From positions 38,070,001-38,134,000 of the forward strand of contig NW_024704743.1 of assembly GCF_018977255.1 (NCBI RefSeq): a stretch of DNA of 64,000 bases, given 5' to 3'. The DNA is from Callorhinchus milii (Eukaryota). The translations under genes were made by a program, and so were the position numbers. The notes beneath the pieces were generated by a model. The model was not told where the DNA came from. It saw only the letters and a program-made list of their open reading frames with translations, and did not search any database. Within the stretch, counting starts at the first letter, position 1. Each line of letters opens with the position of its first letter. Shown one piece after another: positions 1-12,011 of the stretch.

Positions 1-740
1 AGAATAACATTGGAGTGTCCTCACGGTAATTTAACAGTTGTATTTTCCATCCAAGAGTTTCAGTACAGCATTTAAGTAAAATAAAGTTTTTTTAATGGAT
101 GAAGTAGAGAGTTTAAAATGCAAAAGATACGGATTGCAGCTGAATATTTTCACATTGCACTCTTAGGTTTAATTGGCTGTTACGGAGTGTGCAGCACAAG
201 ATCCTGATGTTTACTGTCGATGTCCGATTAGAAATTGGTAAAGCCTCGTGATGTAAGTGAGGTCGATGCTCAGTTGATGGTTCTCACCAGGGACAGAATT
301 GGGGGCAGATTTTCTGAGGAAATAGTGACCTGAGCAGCATTATTTATAAAATATTTACCTGTAGACCCTTTGCTTCCCCTTCCCCTCAATAAAGAGAAAT
401 GGTTTTATTTCTATTTTATATAAGATGGAATTTCTTGATAGCATTGTCAGTTGTAGTGTTTTCCTTCTATCCAAATGAATGGAAAGAACAAGTTATTTGA
501 GTGGGTCACTTCTGATGTAGAATTTGTTATTGGTCACTAAATATTTAATATTTTCCCTGTGTGAATTTTGAGTACTGCAGAATTTATATCCTGAGGAATT
601 CCCACCTTTCTGCCCTGGTTGGATGAAAGGCTCAGAGCCCCAGTTTCTGGCTGGCTATTTCACTTCAAATCATTTTCTCAATATCGCATTGCACATTGAG
701 AAAATGGATAGGATAGAGTCTAATTAAACTCAGCAGTTAG

Positions 741-1502
741 CTGGGCCACTAGAAAAGCACGGAAAATTTGCCAAAAATCGCAGGGAGATTTGAAAGTGTT
801 GCAGAAAATTGCGGGGAAATTTTTGACAAATTCTGCAGAAAATTGTAGGGGTGGGGGGAGCGATTGGTGCTACTGGGATACATTTGGCTGCCATCCGACG
901 TTTTTTCACTTTACTGATAAAAACTAAGCATGAGGAATTCACACTAGATTAGTGCAAAGAAAATGTTTCATTGCTTCTTTAACAAGAACGGGGTGGCCCT
1001 TTTTTTGGTGGTGGGGTGGGTGGAACACCAGTGAAGCTCCAGGAGCTCACCACCTCTTGTATCTCAGGGCCTGGCACCGCCCACAGACACAGAGAGACAC
1101 GCACAGACACAAAGAGACACACATTCTCCGAAAGAGAGACACAGACACGTCGTGCACTTAGACACAATGCACGACGTGTATACACACACAGACAGAGGAG
1201 AGAGAGACACACATGTACATTCACACAGAGACTCATAAACACGCGCACACGTAGAAGAGAGACACATAGACACTCACAGACACACGCAAACACACAGAGA
1301 CACATAGACCATCTCAACAGCAGGGCCTCTGAGTGAAGCCCGTTTCACGCTTGTGCCGCACAGCACATGCGTGTCTGGAGCCGCCCAACCCTCAGTTGCG
1401 TTGAGTAAACAGCGCGAGGCTCGCGGTCCAGTAACAACAATTTTAGCGGTTTTGTAGCGGACTCCGCGGATAAAGTGTGGCTGCACTTTTCTATTGTCCC
1501 AG
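741..1502. mobile_element. Putative non-autonomous DNA transposon with imperfect terminal inverted repeats, enclosing a microsatellite
   Basis: Left end ctgggccactagaaaagcac (741-760) matches the reverse complement of the right end, ctgggacaatagaaaagtgc (1483-1502). Subterminal regions are CpG-rich. The 8-bp flanks match at only 5/8 positions. Confidence 0.5.
1083..1305. repeat. Degenerate (CA)n/(GA)n compound microsatellite
   Basis: Runs of acacagagagacac-type units; explains the low-complexity ORFs at 952-1486. Confidence 0.9.
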
Positions 1503-1517
1503 GCAATGAGTAGCGAT

Positions 1518-1889
1518 GGAGTACTGTAGCTTTGTGGTTAGAGCACTCGGCTCACAAGCGAGAAGACCTGGGTTCGATTTCTGGACAGAGTGAAACGTTG
1601 GGCAAGTTATTTTACTCCACACACCTCTGCTTACGTAGCAGTAAGTAGAAACCCGGTTGTTAGTCTATTGGCGGATTGCTTTTCCAGGGGTAATAATCCC
1701 TTCAAAAATAATAATAATAAGCTGGTCACTCAATCCATGACTATCTGTGGGACACTGCTGTGCGCAATTGGCTGCTGCGTTTCATCCACAAAATATACAG
1801 TCAATTCACTTTACAGTATTCTGTGAAGTGTTTGAGATGTCTGAAAGACATGATAACACGCTATATCAAATGCAAGGATAATTATTATT
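1518..1889 (+). mobile_element. tRNA-derived SINE, long subtype, full length
   Basis: Head ggagtactgtagctttgtggttagagcac with B box ggttcgattt. Tail ctatatcaaatgcaagga followed by (ATT)n. Homologous to 14319 and 47230. Confidence 0.92.
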
Positions 1890-4639
1890 GCCACAGAACA
1901 TGCAGAATTTAAATGTGTATTTGATGCAGTATTTATTTAGATGCAAATGATAGTGTTTTTCTATGTTTTTAGAAATATCTTGTGCATGGATATGTGACGA
2001 TTTATGCAGCTGAGGCAGTGGTATTAGTGGAAGATATAGTCCTGAGAAGATAGAAAGGAGAAAAAGGCCAGTGATCCAGCTCACCCTGTCTTCAAGTCTT
2101 GTACAGCAACTTCCTCTTGGACTATGTGCTTTTGAAAAAGTCTCATTTCCTTTTGGTTCATGTAGTCCTGTTCATGACCTTTACAAAAGTTACTGGATGA
2201 CCTCCTTGGATTATTTTGTCTCAAATCAGTTGCTATTTAACTATAAGACATTTAATATTTTTTTTAACAGATCTCTCCCCCAACTCTCCCCCTCCCCCCC
2301 ACAGCAGTAGAGAGCTAACTTTAGATGTTCGTAAATTTTGTAGCCACCACTTGTTTTTTCTGTATTTCTCGTAAACTGCGGTTATAATAAAGTGAAAGAG
2401 CGGTTTTAAAAATGAATGTTCTCATGTACAGTACTCACTTTCATCAGAAATTTTACATATCTCGGGCGAGAAAACATATCAGATTTGATAACCCAGTACC
2501 ATAATATAGTAACATTTCAATGAGTATTTTTGCTCAGTTAAAAATGCTAAAAGATAGTACAGGGTTTTAGTTACTTGTAGTGGCTATGTATATTAGCAGT
2601 GCTAATTGTGTTTGTATGTTTGTTTTTAGGTTTAATCCTGTAATTACTAGAAAAACAATTCCAATCAATTGAAGTTTTCATTGGAATATGGGTTACAAAA
2701 GGAAAATGACTGTTAGATATAATTTCAGAATGATAACATTTATGGTTGTGAATCAGATTAAGATTACCATGACCTATGGTGTGTGCGGTTTATTTGTTTT
2801 CGAAGCTTTTCAGCAAAGGGGCAATTAGATGGAGTAGCATCAAAAACACAAAAGACGTTTTAGTGCAGAAGCTTGGGTCATAGAATTTATAATTTAGGAT
2901 TGAGGCATATATGTGCAATTTGAGGAAGGGGGCGATTTGGTTATTAACAAAATTGAAGACATTTTTGGCTTTATTGCTAGATCGGTCTTTCCTGGGTTGC
3001 AAGCTAGGCTCTCACATTAAAATCTGTGCTGTAAATTGATACTGGATTCTGCTTGGTTGCTATTAAAATCTAGGAGGCAAATGTGTTTGTTCCCATCATT
3101 GGTTATGTCCACTTCTAAGAAATTAAGTAATTGACAGGGAAACAACTGGTAGTGATGCTTTTTTACCATTAGAACTGGTCTTGAATCCGGTGGTGATCAC
3201 TGTCAGGATTTATGTTACATTTGTATAGAGACCTGGTTGACTGGAGGCCTAAGAATAAATAGGGCAGGTTCACTAGACATCGTGTTTTTTTAAGAAAATA
3301 ATCTGCTCCTACTCTCACATCTATATTGCCTGCATGTAATTTGAAATGTATTACACCAAGATTTGAATTGGTAGATGGTACAGGAGGAGGTTGTGTCTGA
3401 GAATTTTTCCATGATTTGCCTGTCAGTCTCCATTGGCTTGTGATCCAAAATGGCACCACAGTGGAGATTCCTTCTAAGAAGGGACTGACCATTCTGTATT
3501 TATGAAACACACTGTACACTTAATATATGTTGGTCTATGATAAGCAGGACTCATATTTTTCTAGAACACAGTGAAGCTATTTGAAGTCATTGAGATCAAT
3601 TGATTTGATTTAGTATATAAAACCCTGAAAATATGGTCCATGCAATTTTGGAAAGTTGCACAAAATACTAAATGTGCTGAATTGTTAAATAAAACATTTG
3701 GAGAAGGAGGTCAGTGCGGGGGTTATAGTTGCATCAAGTTTTTCTGCAATCTTGTTCCTCTCAGCATTCTGTGACCCCAATGCTTGGTGTTCAGAATATT
3801 TGAAGAATGTGATATCACTTGCACAATTTCTGCAAAATAAACATGCCTAACTCCACAGATGTACAACAACTTGCACTTATATAACGCCCTCCACGCAGGG
3901 TAGCGTCTCAGCGCTTAGTAGTGGCGGAGCCTGACTCCGGGGAGGGGGGAGGTGGCCATAAGCAGATGTAGCCTGGCTTGATTTAAAGGGAACAGTAACA
4001 TTGCAGTTTCAAATTAGATAGATTGGTGAGACTGATTTACATGTGGCTGTGTTGTCGTGAATCATTTTGGACAGGGTGTCACAGTTGCCCTGATCTATGA
4101 TTAGCTCATGTTGCATCGGTTGTGGGATTAATATTGGTACGGGTGGGGGAGGGGAAGGTCCTGAGTTTCTGGTATTTATTATGGCAATTCACCAATATAT
4201 AAGGAATAAACAAAAGGCAGTGAAACAGTTTGTTAATTGAAATGGCTACTACTGGAAGACATGATCAGTGACCTTAGTTGTGTAATTGAAGCCTGCAATG
4301 GCTTGTTTGGCATGAGGTTTGTAGAAATTTGTGCACAACCTAAATGCCTTATAGTAAAATGGACAAAATAATCAGGTGGATAAGAACATTAGAAATGGCT
4401 CCATTATAAGACCAAATAGATTCTAGATAACTTGCTGGGATAGTTTTCACTACAATGTCTCCATACATTATAATAGTATTTGATATCTGTGTATCATATC
4501 AAGAAAGAAAATGCTCCATTGTTCAAGCTGCATTTAAGTGGATGACTGAATATATTCTTTTTGCTTGTTTCATGCCCTGCAATTGTGGTTTGCATATTTG
4601 TAATTACTTTAATTAATTTAATTATATACTTCATACTAG

Positions 4640-4802
4640 AAAGGACTTCCTGGAGAGGCAGATTGTGTCAGGAGATTCAAGAGGGCATTCGATAGCTATT
4701 TGGTGAAGGAATCGATTGAGCATAAAAAGAAAGTGTTTTTTTAAAAAAAAATAGAGACCGCAATGGGTCTCTTCCTGTCCTGTACATTCCTATGTTCTTA
4801 TG
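4640..4802 (+). mobile_element. Old CR1-type LINE 3' end remnant
   Basis: ttcaagagggcattcgatagctatttg ... cctgtacattcctatgttcttatg resembles the CR1 3' end seen at 54900-55183. Confidence 0.55.
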
Positions 4803-5049
4803 TAACTGCCAGAGGCAGATTTTTTCTGAAAGACTGCCACAAAAATATATAATCAGCTTAGAATTAGTACTGTACTGCTTTTCTGCTGCAAGTTATGGAT
4901 TTATTGAATGCAATTTTTAATTTCAGGATTTGCTTATGTTTTTATTCTTCAGGGGATTGACAAAAGAAAGGTAGAAGAAAATTTAATACATTGTGATATG
5001 GGCAGTTAATCTTTTTCTTTACCTGTTTAAAGAACAGGTCTGTCGCACA

Positions 5050-5315
5050 CTTTTGAGTGTCCCTCAACCCCTCCAGTCTACCATCAGCAGCCGTATAGTC
5101 AGCCGCTACTTCCAAACCTCTGGAACTCCCTGGCTGAATTCCTCTGCCTTGCCTCCTCTTTGCCTGTCTTCAGATCGCAGCTGAAGACTTTTCTCTTCAA
5201 CCGTGTTTATGCTCACCTCCTCTTTCTTCAAGGCTCAGTGTCAAACTATGCCATTGTTTAGTGCCCCGAGATGGTATCTCGAATAAAGGGTGCTGTATAA
5301 AGCCAAGTTATTATT
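5050..5315 (+). mobile_element. Diverged L2 LINE 3' fragment
   Basis: ctctggaactccct (LWNS), gctgaagacttttctcttcaaccgtg (LKTFLF) and tail gtgctgtataaagccaagttattatt. Confidence 0.75.
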
Positions 5316-5759
5316 AAAGCAGTTTGTTTTTGGTGGATATTTTGCAAGCTTATTGGTAAATTATAAATGTGTAATATAACTTTGTCCAGTCCGTAAGGAA
5401 CCTTGACTATATTTCCAAAGTGAACTCAGGGTTATTTTTGTTACAAAAAGCCATAGAATATATTTGTAATGTTTTGAGTGAATTTTTGCAACAACAAGGT
5501 GGGAGATGCAAGTGCTAGGCATTGGAATAATTTCGAGATCTAGGGATCCTTGGGTATTCTCAGTTCAGATATACCACAGATAAATTCTAAATTTGACTGT
5601 AATATATCTGAACTTGGATGCACTGGATCTTAAAAGTATTGTAATCCCCAGTACTGGCGTCTCTCACCTTGACTATACTCCTGGGGGAAGAGGGGGAAGA
5701 TAAGAAGGGTCTCCTATTGGAGCTGATTTGGCTCGAAGGTGTTGTACTTGACAAGGCAA

Positions 5760-6090
5760 TGTCAGAATCGAGTTATTCCTCTGTGACAGTTTCGATAGTC
5801 CAGTTCCTGAGCCAAGCACATCCGCAATACTCCAGGGCACTGCTGATGACAGACCAGCCAGCCTGTCTCACAGGGAGCAGGGATTTCTTCTGACTTGGCT
5901 CCTGTAAACCCTGCAAACCAATGCTCTAACGGTTAGGGTGGTCCTATCTGGATAAGAAGCATGATGCCCGCTATACAGTGCTCTCAAAGGCAAATTATGT
6001 GGTTTTATCTGGTTAAAGTCTAGCAAGGGGACTAAAGTCTTGGCTATTGCGACCTGTGCCTAATACTCTCCAGAATGGAAAGTATTAGGC
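5760..6090 (-). repeat. Copy of an unclassified interspersed repeat family
   Basis: Reverse complement aligns by eye to about 18120-18500, e.g. agtccagttcctgagcca, ctccagggcactgc, gctcctgt-aacc, tagggtg-tccta-ctgga. Confidence 0.8.
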
Positions 6091-6719
6091 GTACAGTAAG
6101 GAACTACCTATGCATCTTATTTGCTTTAGGATCCTATATAAGTGCAAATTATTGTTGCTGCCGCTTAACACTTTGCCTGATTATAGAGTAGTTTGACAGA
6201 TCTTGTGGCGAAGTCCACAGCCCAATATGTTCTCTACTGGTTAGAATATGGTGCTCGAAAAAGCCAAACGTAAGAGGGAGTCATACCTTAGAAACAATGC
6301 AACATGAAAATAAAGAACTCTTTACTACACATAAGGGGTTAAATAGAGTACATTGATTCCCAAGACATCAGGATGTTAAGATTTTTCAGTAAAATGACTT
6401 CCAATGACATTTACTTTTTTATGTTGTCACCTTTTTATTATTCAATTAGGACTTGCTGCTTCTGCAGCAAAACGTTCAATGCTGACCTAAGGCTATCTTT
6501 ATCCGCAAAAGATAATGGGCTAATATGTTAAGGAACTGTAGTTCTGAACATTACCTGTGCTTCTAGTAGTCTTTGTACCAGTTATAAAAGTAATACCTTG
6601 ATAGGGCCTCCATTGGACCATAATCTAGCCTTATGCATTTGGTTTACAGCATTGAAATAAATGTAATTTGGCTCTCAATGTAGCCCAATTAGTAAAGGCC
6701 AAGAAAAGCCAAAGTGATC

Positions 6720-7018
6720 CAGATACATGATGGACTTTATCTCTACCACTTTATTTTGCAGCGCATTCCATATTCCAGCAACTCTGACTGAAAAGAAGTT
6801 TGAGCTCTTCTTTTGTGACCATCTTATAACTAGTAAGCTCCTTAGACACTGATTTCCCAATCAGTGGAATTAGCTTCTCCTTATTTATCCTGTCAAAACC
6901 CCTCATACTTTTGTACACCTCCATTAGGTCCCTCCTCATGCTTCTCTGCTCCAATGTAAACATGCTTAACTTCTACTATCTGTTCTCATAACTACAGCTC
7001 CTCATCCCAGGTATCATT
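6720..7018 (-). mobile_element. CR1 LINE ORF2 C-terminal fragment (frameshifted)
   Basis: Translations FTLEQRSMRRDLMEVYKSMRGFDRINKEKLIP and NFFSVRVAGIWNAL match the CR1 ORF2 C-terminal motifs FSLE.RRLRGDLIEVYKIM and FFS.RVV..WN.L. Confidence 0.9.
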
Positions 7019-7039
7019 TGACAATCAGCATACCCCTAT

Positions 7040-7135
7040 TGGAGTTAGCCTGGACTATATGAGTTCAAAGTCCTGATTTGGGCTTGAACCCACAACCATC
7101 TGATTCAGAGGCGATAATTCTATAAACTGAGCTAG
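7040..7135 (-). mobile_element. Old Deu-type SINE 5' head fragment
   Basis: gggcttgaacccacaacc (B box reversed) ... aactgagcta (A box reversed); similar to 34420-34510. Confidence 0.6.
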
Positions 7136-7659
7136 TTAACACACACCCATCCAGGGACCATGTCAGCTTTGTAATGGCAGATGCTATAATTAACAATCTC
7201 ATCTGAGAAAATTTCTGAAGTAGTTGGTCATAGATTTTTCATCTACTGTATGGGACAATAATGCAGCTTTAGTTTCAAAAAGGGGAGAACCTGAACCATC
7301 TCAATTATATCGAAGGTCCATTGTAGGCTTTATTTTTTGTTTTCAGACAATACCTTGACAGTCAATTTTTTAATACAAATTCAATTTGAATGTTTTACTA
7401 CATTGCTTGGATTAAAATTGGGCTTGACTCCCAATTGCAATTGCTGATTGGGAAAGGTAACTAGAAAACTGAGCTATTTTGTTATTACATTTCCTGTTTT
7501 AAGCTTAACTGGATAATGACCACTGCAAGGACAGGTGATGTATAGAAGAACTACATTCTCATAATAAATTGACTGATTATATTATGTCGAGTACCTTTCC
7601 CCTGTTAAGAGGGCAACTCATGTAAAACTTTGCATTTATGCCTTTGTTGCCTTTTCTTG

Positions 7660-8090
7660 ATTAATGTCTGGTGTGGGCAATACATGCAGCATTTTTGGTC
7701 CATTCTTGGTTGACTTGTGAAGGAGCTGCAGAAGTACTTGTGCTGATACTCCCACGATGGTGTTGGATAGGGAGTTTAAGGAATTTGACCCAACCCCAAT
7801 GAAGAAACGGTAAATGTACAGTGCATCCATGTCAGGATGGTGAGTTAGCTTGGAGGGGAATTTTCCCTTTGATAACTGCTTGAATCCCTTTGATTATTAT
7901 TATTATGATGATTATTATTGCTGTTATGAAAGATGGAGGTCACCTGGCTGGAAGGTGCTGTTTAAGCGAGGTTGGTGAGTGGCCACAGTGCATTCTGACA
8001 TAGTGCACACTCTCGTCACGGTGTGTGGAGAAGAGAGAGAATCTTGACTTGAGTGGCTGGGGTGCTGATCAAGTGAACTGCTTTCTCCCA
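7660..8090 (-). mobile_element. Old non-LTR retrotransposon (CR1-group) 3' fragment
   Basis: Reverse strand gives degenerate ORF2-end-like peptides (KAVHLISTPA..., MHCGHSP...KQHLP) followed by a degenerate aactccctatccaacaccatcgtggg segment. Confidence 0.5.
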
Positions 8091-9192
8091 GAGAGGACTG
8101 GCCTAGTCCAGTCTTTTACCTCATGAGGAATTTTCTATACGGAAATTGCAGGCCACTTTACTGCTTGTGATTTAAATTGTTTTTTCAACCTTGGGTTTCC
8201 AGTCAGTGTTATTTTTGTTCCTGTACAGAGGTCTTAAATCTTGTGGGGCAGTCACATTTACCAAGCAAACCTCGAGCATCACAACGTATGCTATTAGTTT
8301 CTCTTAAAGAAAGAGATGCTCTAAAGTTTCATATTTTGCACTTATGTAATATTGTCTTATATTGAAAGTGTAAGCAAATCACAAGGTTCCAGTTGATTTT
8401 CTGTTACTTTGATATATAATTTCTAGTTATATGCATGTTGGTCAGAGGTTTTTTCAATAAGAATTTGTGTGTTTTGGGTTGACAGTTCTGGCTTCTGTAT
8501 TAACTTGTACAACCATACGTGGTGTCGGCACAGTATTCATGAACCTAACAAGGCGAGAGCTAAATAACAACGGGCAAAGATCCTTTGGAAGCTGGGACTT
8601 GTGTGACTATAGCAGAACAACTCCTGTTAAGCAATTGTTCAAACTTGTGCCTTGTTCTGAATATCTATTCACAGATTGTATTATTGTATACTTAAGCCTA
8701 GCTAAATAAATATACATCACATTTTATGATCTCTTCCTCATTCCACCGTCAATCATGGAGGTGATGGATACGGAGTACAAGTATCTGGTTTCCATAACAA
8801 CATTATTTGTTTGTTGCTGTACAATAATGGCCAGTGTCACGATAGGGGGATGCTTATTGCCTTTGTACAATGGTGTTTTACATTTGGAAAAGCACAGGGA
8901 ATGTGAAAAGGAACAAAAACATACGAGATAGATTGCAGAAAACTTGTAGGATAGTGACTGGAAGTGAGATATGACATAAATAGAAATATTGGGTCAAAGA
9001 AATTCAAATTACAAGAGTTTATTCCCATTTTTACCAGACGTTTTCACTGTCAGAACACGCTTTAATGCTTTCTGTCTGGCAGAGGTTTTATTTCTTTAAT
9101 TGTTTTGATGTATTACTAAGCTCAATTAGTAATTTCACAAGAGTATTTGGAGTTTCATTAATCTTTGGCCTGAGTGAGTACAGCATCAGGTG

Positions 9193-9335
9193 ATAATAAT
9201 AATCCTTGCATTTGATATAGCGCCTTACTTTGAGACGTCTCTAAGTGCTTCACAGAATACACTGTAAAGTGAATTGACTATTTGTGGGCGAAATCCACCA
9301 GTCATGAATTGATTAACTAGTTTATTATTATTATT
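9193..9335 (-). mobile_element. SINE 3' fragment
   Basis: (AAT)n ccttgcatttgatatagcgcc ... cacagaatacactgtaaagtgaattgact. Confidence 0.85.
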
Positions 9336-9550
9336 TGTATTATGGTAATAACATTTGGGTGGGTTTCAGGAAGACGTGGTCCACAAGAGCTGAATGGCTT
9401 GTTTCGGTGCTGTACAGTCTATGTAGCTCCAATAAGGAGTACCTGCAGTTTTTTTATTCATTTCTTATGGATTTCTGTATACCTGCACAGACTGTCTACA
9501 CTGTAGGCCCCTGAGAGAAAAAACACTGTTTTATTCTATCCAGGTGGCTA

Positions 9551-9873
9551 AATAATAATAATAATAATAATCCTTGCATTTGATATAGCGCTTTTCACGT
9601 CGGGAGGACGTCCCAAAGCGCTTCACAGAACACACTGTAAAGTGAATTGACTGTATATTTGTGGGCGAACGCGGCAGCCAATTGCGCACAGCAATGTCCC
9701 ACAAACAGTCATAGATTGAAAATGACCAATTTAATTATTGTTTTTGGTTTTGGAGGGATTATTATTAGGTGTGTGGAGTAAGGAAACTTGCCCAAGGTTT
9801 CGCCCTGCCGGGAATTGAACTCAGGTCTCTTGCTTGCAAAGCGAGTGCTCTAACCACTGAGCTACAGGACTCC
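9551..9873 (-). mobile_element. tRNA-Ala-like SINE, short young subtype, full length
   Basis: Reverse strand head GGAGTCCTGTAGCTCAGTGGTTAGAGCACTCGCTTTGCAAGC...GAGTTCAATTCC has A box, TGC anticodon-like loop and B box. L2-type tail GGGACGTCCTCCCGACGTGAAAAGCGCT followed by (ATT)n. Confidence 0.95.
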
Positions 9874-11001
9874 ACATAATGTGTGTCAATGGTATGTTTG
9901 GCAACCACAACCAGGTTGACCAAGAGTGAGCAGCAGTTTTCTTCTTGCCCAAAGCCTCCCATAGGAGGCAGAATTGGCGACAACTGCTGGATCAATAGCA
10001 GGATGGCCCTTTGAGCAGCGTGTCATCTGTGCTTGATCAGGTTACTTGGGCAATTAATGTTGCCAATAACATGGTACAAGAGGACAAAAGAATCCATAAA
10101 GACAGCAAAATCCCCATGAAAATACCTGTTTTATGCTAAGGTTTAAAGGGTCTATCATTCTCAGTAACCTGATTAAAACTCACAGGAAATCTGCGGACAA
10201 AACAGGTAAGCGTGATCTTTGATGATGTAATCCTTTTAAATGCATTGCAGTGTTGTGGAAGATTGCCAGGCTGGCTTTTTTTTAGCTGGAGTAAAATCAA
10301 TCTTCGTTATGGTTCTCAGGACTATTTCTTTGTCATTGCCATGATTGTTGTGATTCACAATATAGGTTTCACTATTGGTATGTATTTTCTACGCCTTGAA
10401 ATAAAGAGTCTGTCAGCTCAGTGATTTCTGCTGAGAGCCTGTGACTCCCATAACCTCCAGCTTAGTTGTCTGACCACTTCATATTGTCAGGCTTGCTGTT
10501 TTTATTTCTTGTAATGTTTTGATATTCTCTACCATCTTTATCAATACAAAGAATCTGTTTTTAAAATGGTGCGTGGCTTACATATGAACATGTTAGTTTC
10601 TCTACCTGTTTTCGTCTCATTTTAGTGTTTTTTTTGGACATTCAGTCTAAATAATATGGTGCTTTTCTGCAATGATTTGCGTTTCTAGCTTCCATGTGAT
10701 TACCTCATCGCTTAACTAGCATGTGTTTAATAGGGGGAAGGGGAAGAGAAGAAGGAAAGAATTGAGAAATTGGGCTAACGTCATAGTGAGGGACTGGTTG
10801 GTGTTGCCATGGCATTACCTAGTACCTTTGTTTTGCATGTTTAACACTGTCGAAACGACTCAATTCTCTTCCTTTTCTCCACTTTTTCCCCCCAAAACTT
10901 GACTTCATTTAAATTTAGTTAATTAATGTTTTATTCTTTACATCTTGTTGCTATTTTCTTTTGACATTTTCCTTTTGCATTTCTGCTTTCTGTTGCTAAA
11001 G

Positions 11002-11111
11002 TAACCGTGGAGCGATCACACTCTGGCAGCTGACAATGCACAACACACTTATGTCGCACATTGCTCACAAAGCGTGCTCAGCCATTCCGGGAATCATTCC
11101 ACCCGTGTTTG
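11002..11111 (+). other. Candidate 110-nt cassette exon of an unidentified host gene; contains TGA (11031-33) then ATG (11036-38)
   Basis: Long polypyrimidine tract ending ttgctaaag, AG-free from 10919 to 10999. Donor TTG|gtaaag. Six CpGs in 110 nt. One fully open frame: NRGAITLWQLTMHNTLMSHIAHKACSAIPGIIPPVF. Confidence 0.55.
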
Positions 11112-11246
11112 GTAAAGCTTCGGTATCCATTCTTCCATGATCGCAAGCTCCTGACATAATTTATCGACTTGAAGTATTAGAACAATAATTCACCTTTTTT
11201 CCCCTTTTCCAATGGTAGGTGGCTAAAATGTAGACTAATGTAGTAT

Positions 11247-11312
11247 TAGAACAACAAGATTACATTTGTATAGCGCCTTTCATGTCGGGAGGACGTCCCA
11301 AGACGCTGGACA
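11247..11312 (-). mobile_element. L2 LINE extreme 3' tail
   Basis: acaacaagattacatttgtatagcgcctttcatgtcgggaggacgtcccaagacgctggaca. Confidence 0.85.
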
Positions 11313-11846
11313 GAGGACAGCATTTCAGATGTACAAATTTCAGAGTACAAATTCAGCATTTGCTAAAGCAGTAACTGTAAGTTACATCTCTAGCTAGCCT
11401 TGGGGAGAGAAGATACCCACAGGTATAGCAATGTATTCCATTGGGTGGATGTAAAAACAAATGTGATGTTGTTGCTCTCAGTATTTGTGGCAGTGCTGAC
11501 AATTTGATGCAGGCTGCTTCATCTAATTTAAAGTGACATCAGTTTTATTGAAGGGTTATTGCTTCTTTATGTTGAACTGTACTCGAGTTTCTATTTTAGA
11601 CTTGGAAATAGTGTAAGCGAGTGTTGTAACAAGCGAGTGTGGTATTTGAGTTATGCTCTGTGAGCATCGTTTCTACTTGTGCTCTCTGAGTCAGTGCTTG
11701 AAATGCACTATGGTTTGTTTGCATGAAAGACGTTACAACATGACCTTTTATTGTTAGTTATGATAAAGATGCTTGATTCATACAAAAGATTGACTTACTC
11801 TAAAAGAATGAATGACTCGTACAGAATGTATTTGAATGTATTAAAG

Positions 11847-12011
11847 AAGCGGTGACCAACCTTTTTGGTTGGCCACCATAACAAATAATCTTGATTTTGT
11901 GCCATAAATCGAAATAGTCAATCAATGCCACTAGTGTGAATGTTTAGCGGGCCACTTCTGACGTCCCCACAGACCACTTCTAGCCAATGCGTCAAGAGAT
12001 GGCAACCACTG
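11847..12011. mobile_element. hAT (Charlie-like) MITE, 165 bp
   Basis: Imperfect TIRs aagcggtgaccaacct / gagatggcaaccactg, flanked by a perfect 8-bp TSD TATTAAAG (11839-46 and 12012-19). Confidence 0.8.

Noticed and set aside
952..1486. Cluster of overlapping ORFs of 69-112 aa
   Set aside because: Products of the CA/GA microsatellite; low-complexity translations.
9800..9873. tRNA-Ala-like sequence (also 1518, 14319, 22960, 31690, 47230)
   Set aside because: No acceptor-stem closure or Pol III terminator; each continues into a SINE body, so these are SINE heads, not tRNA genes.
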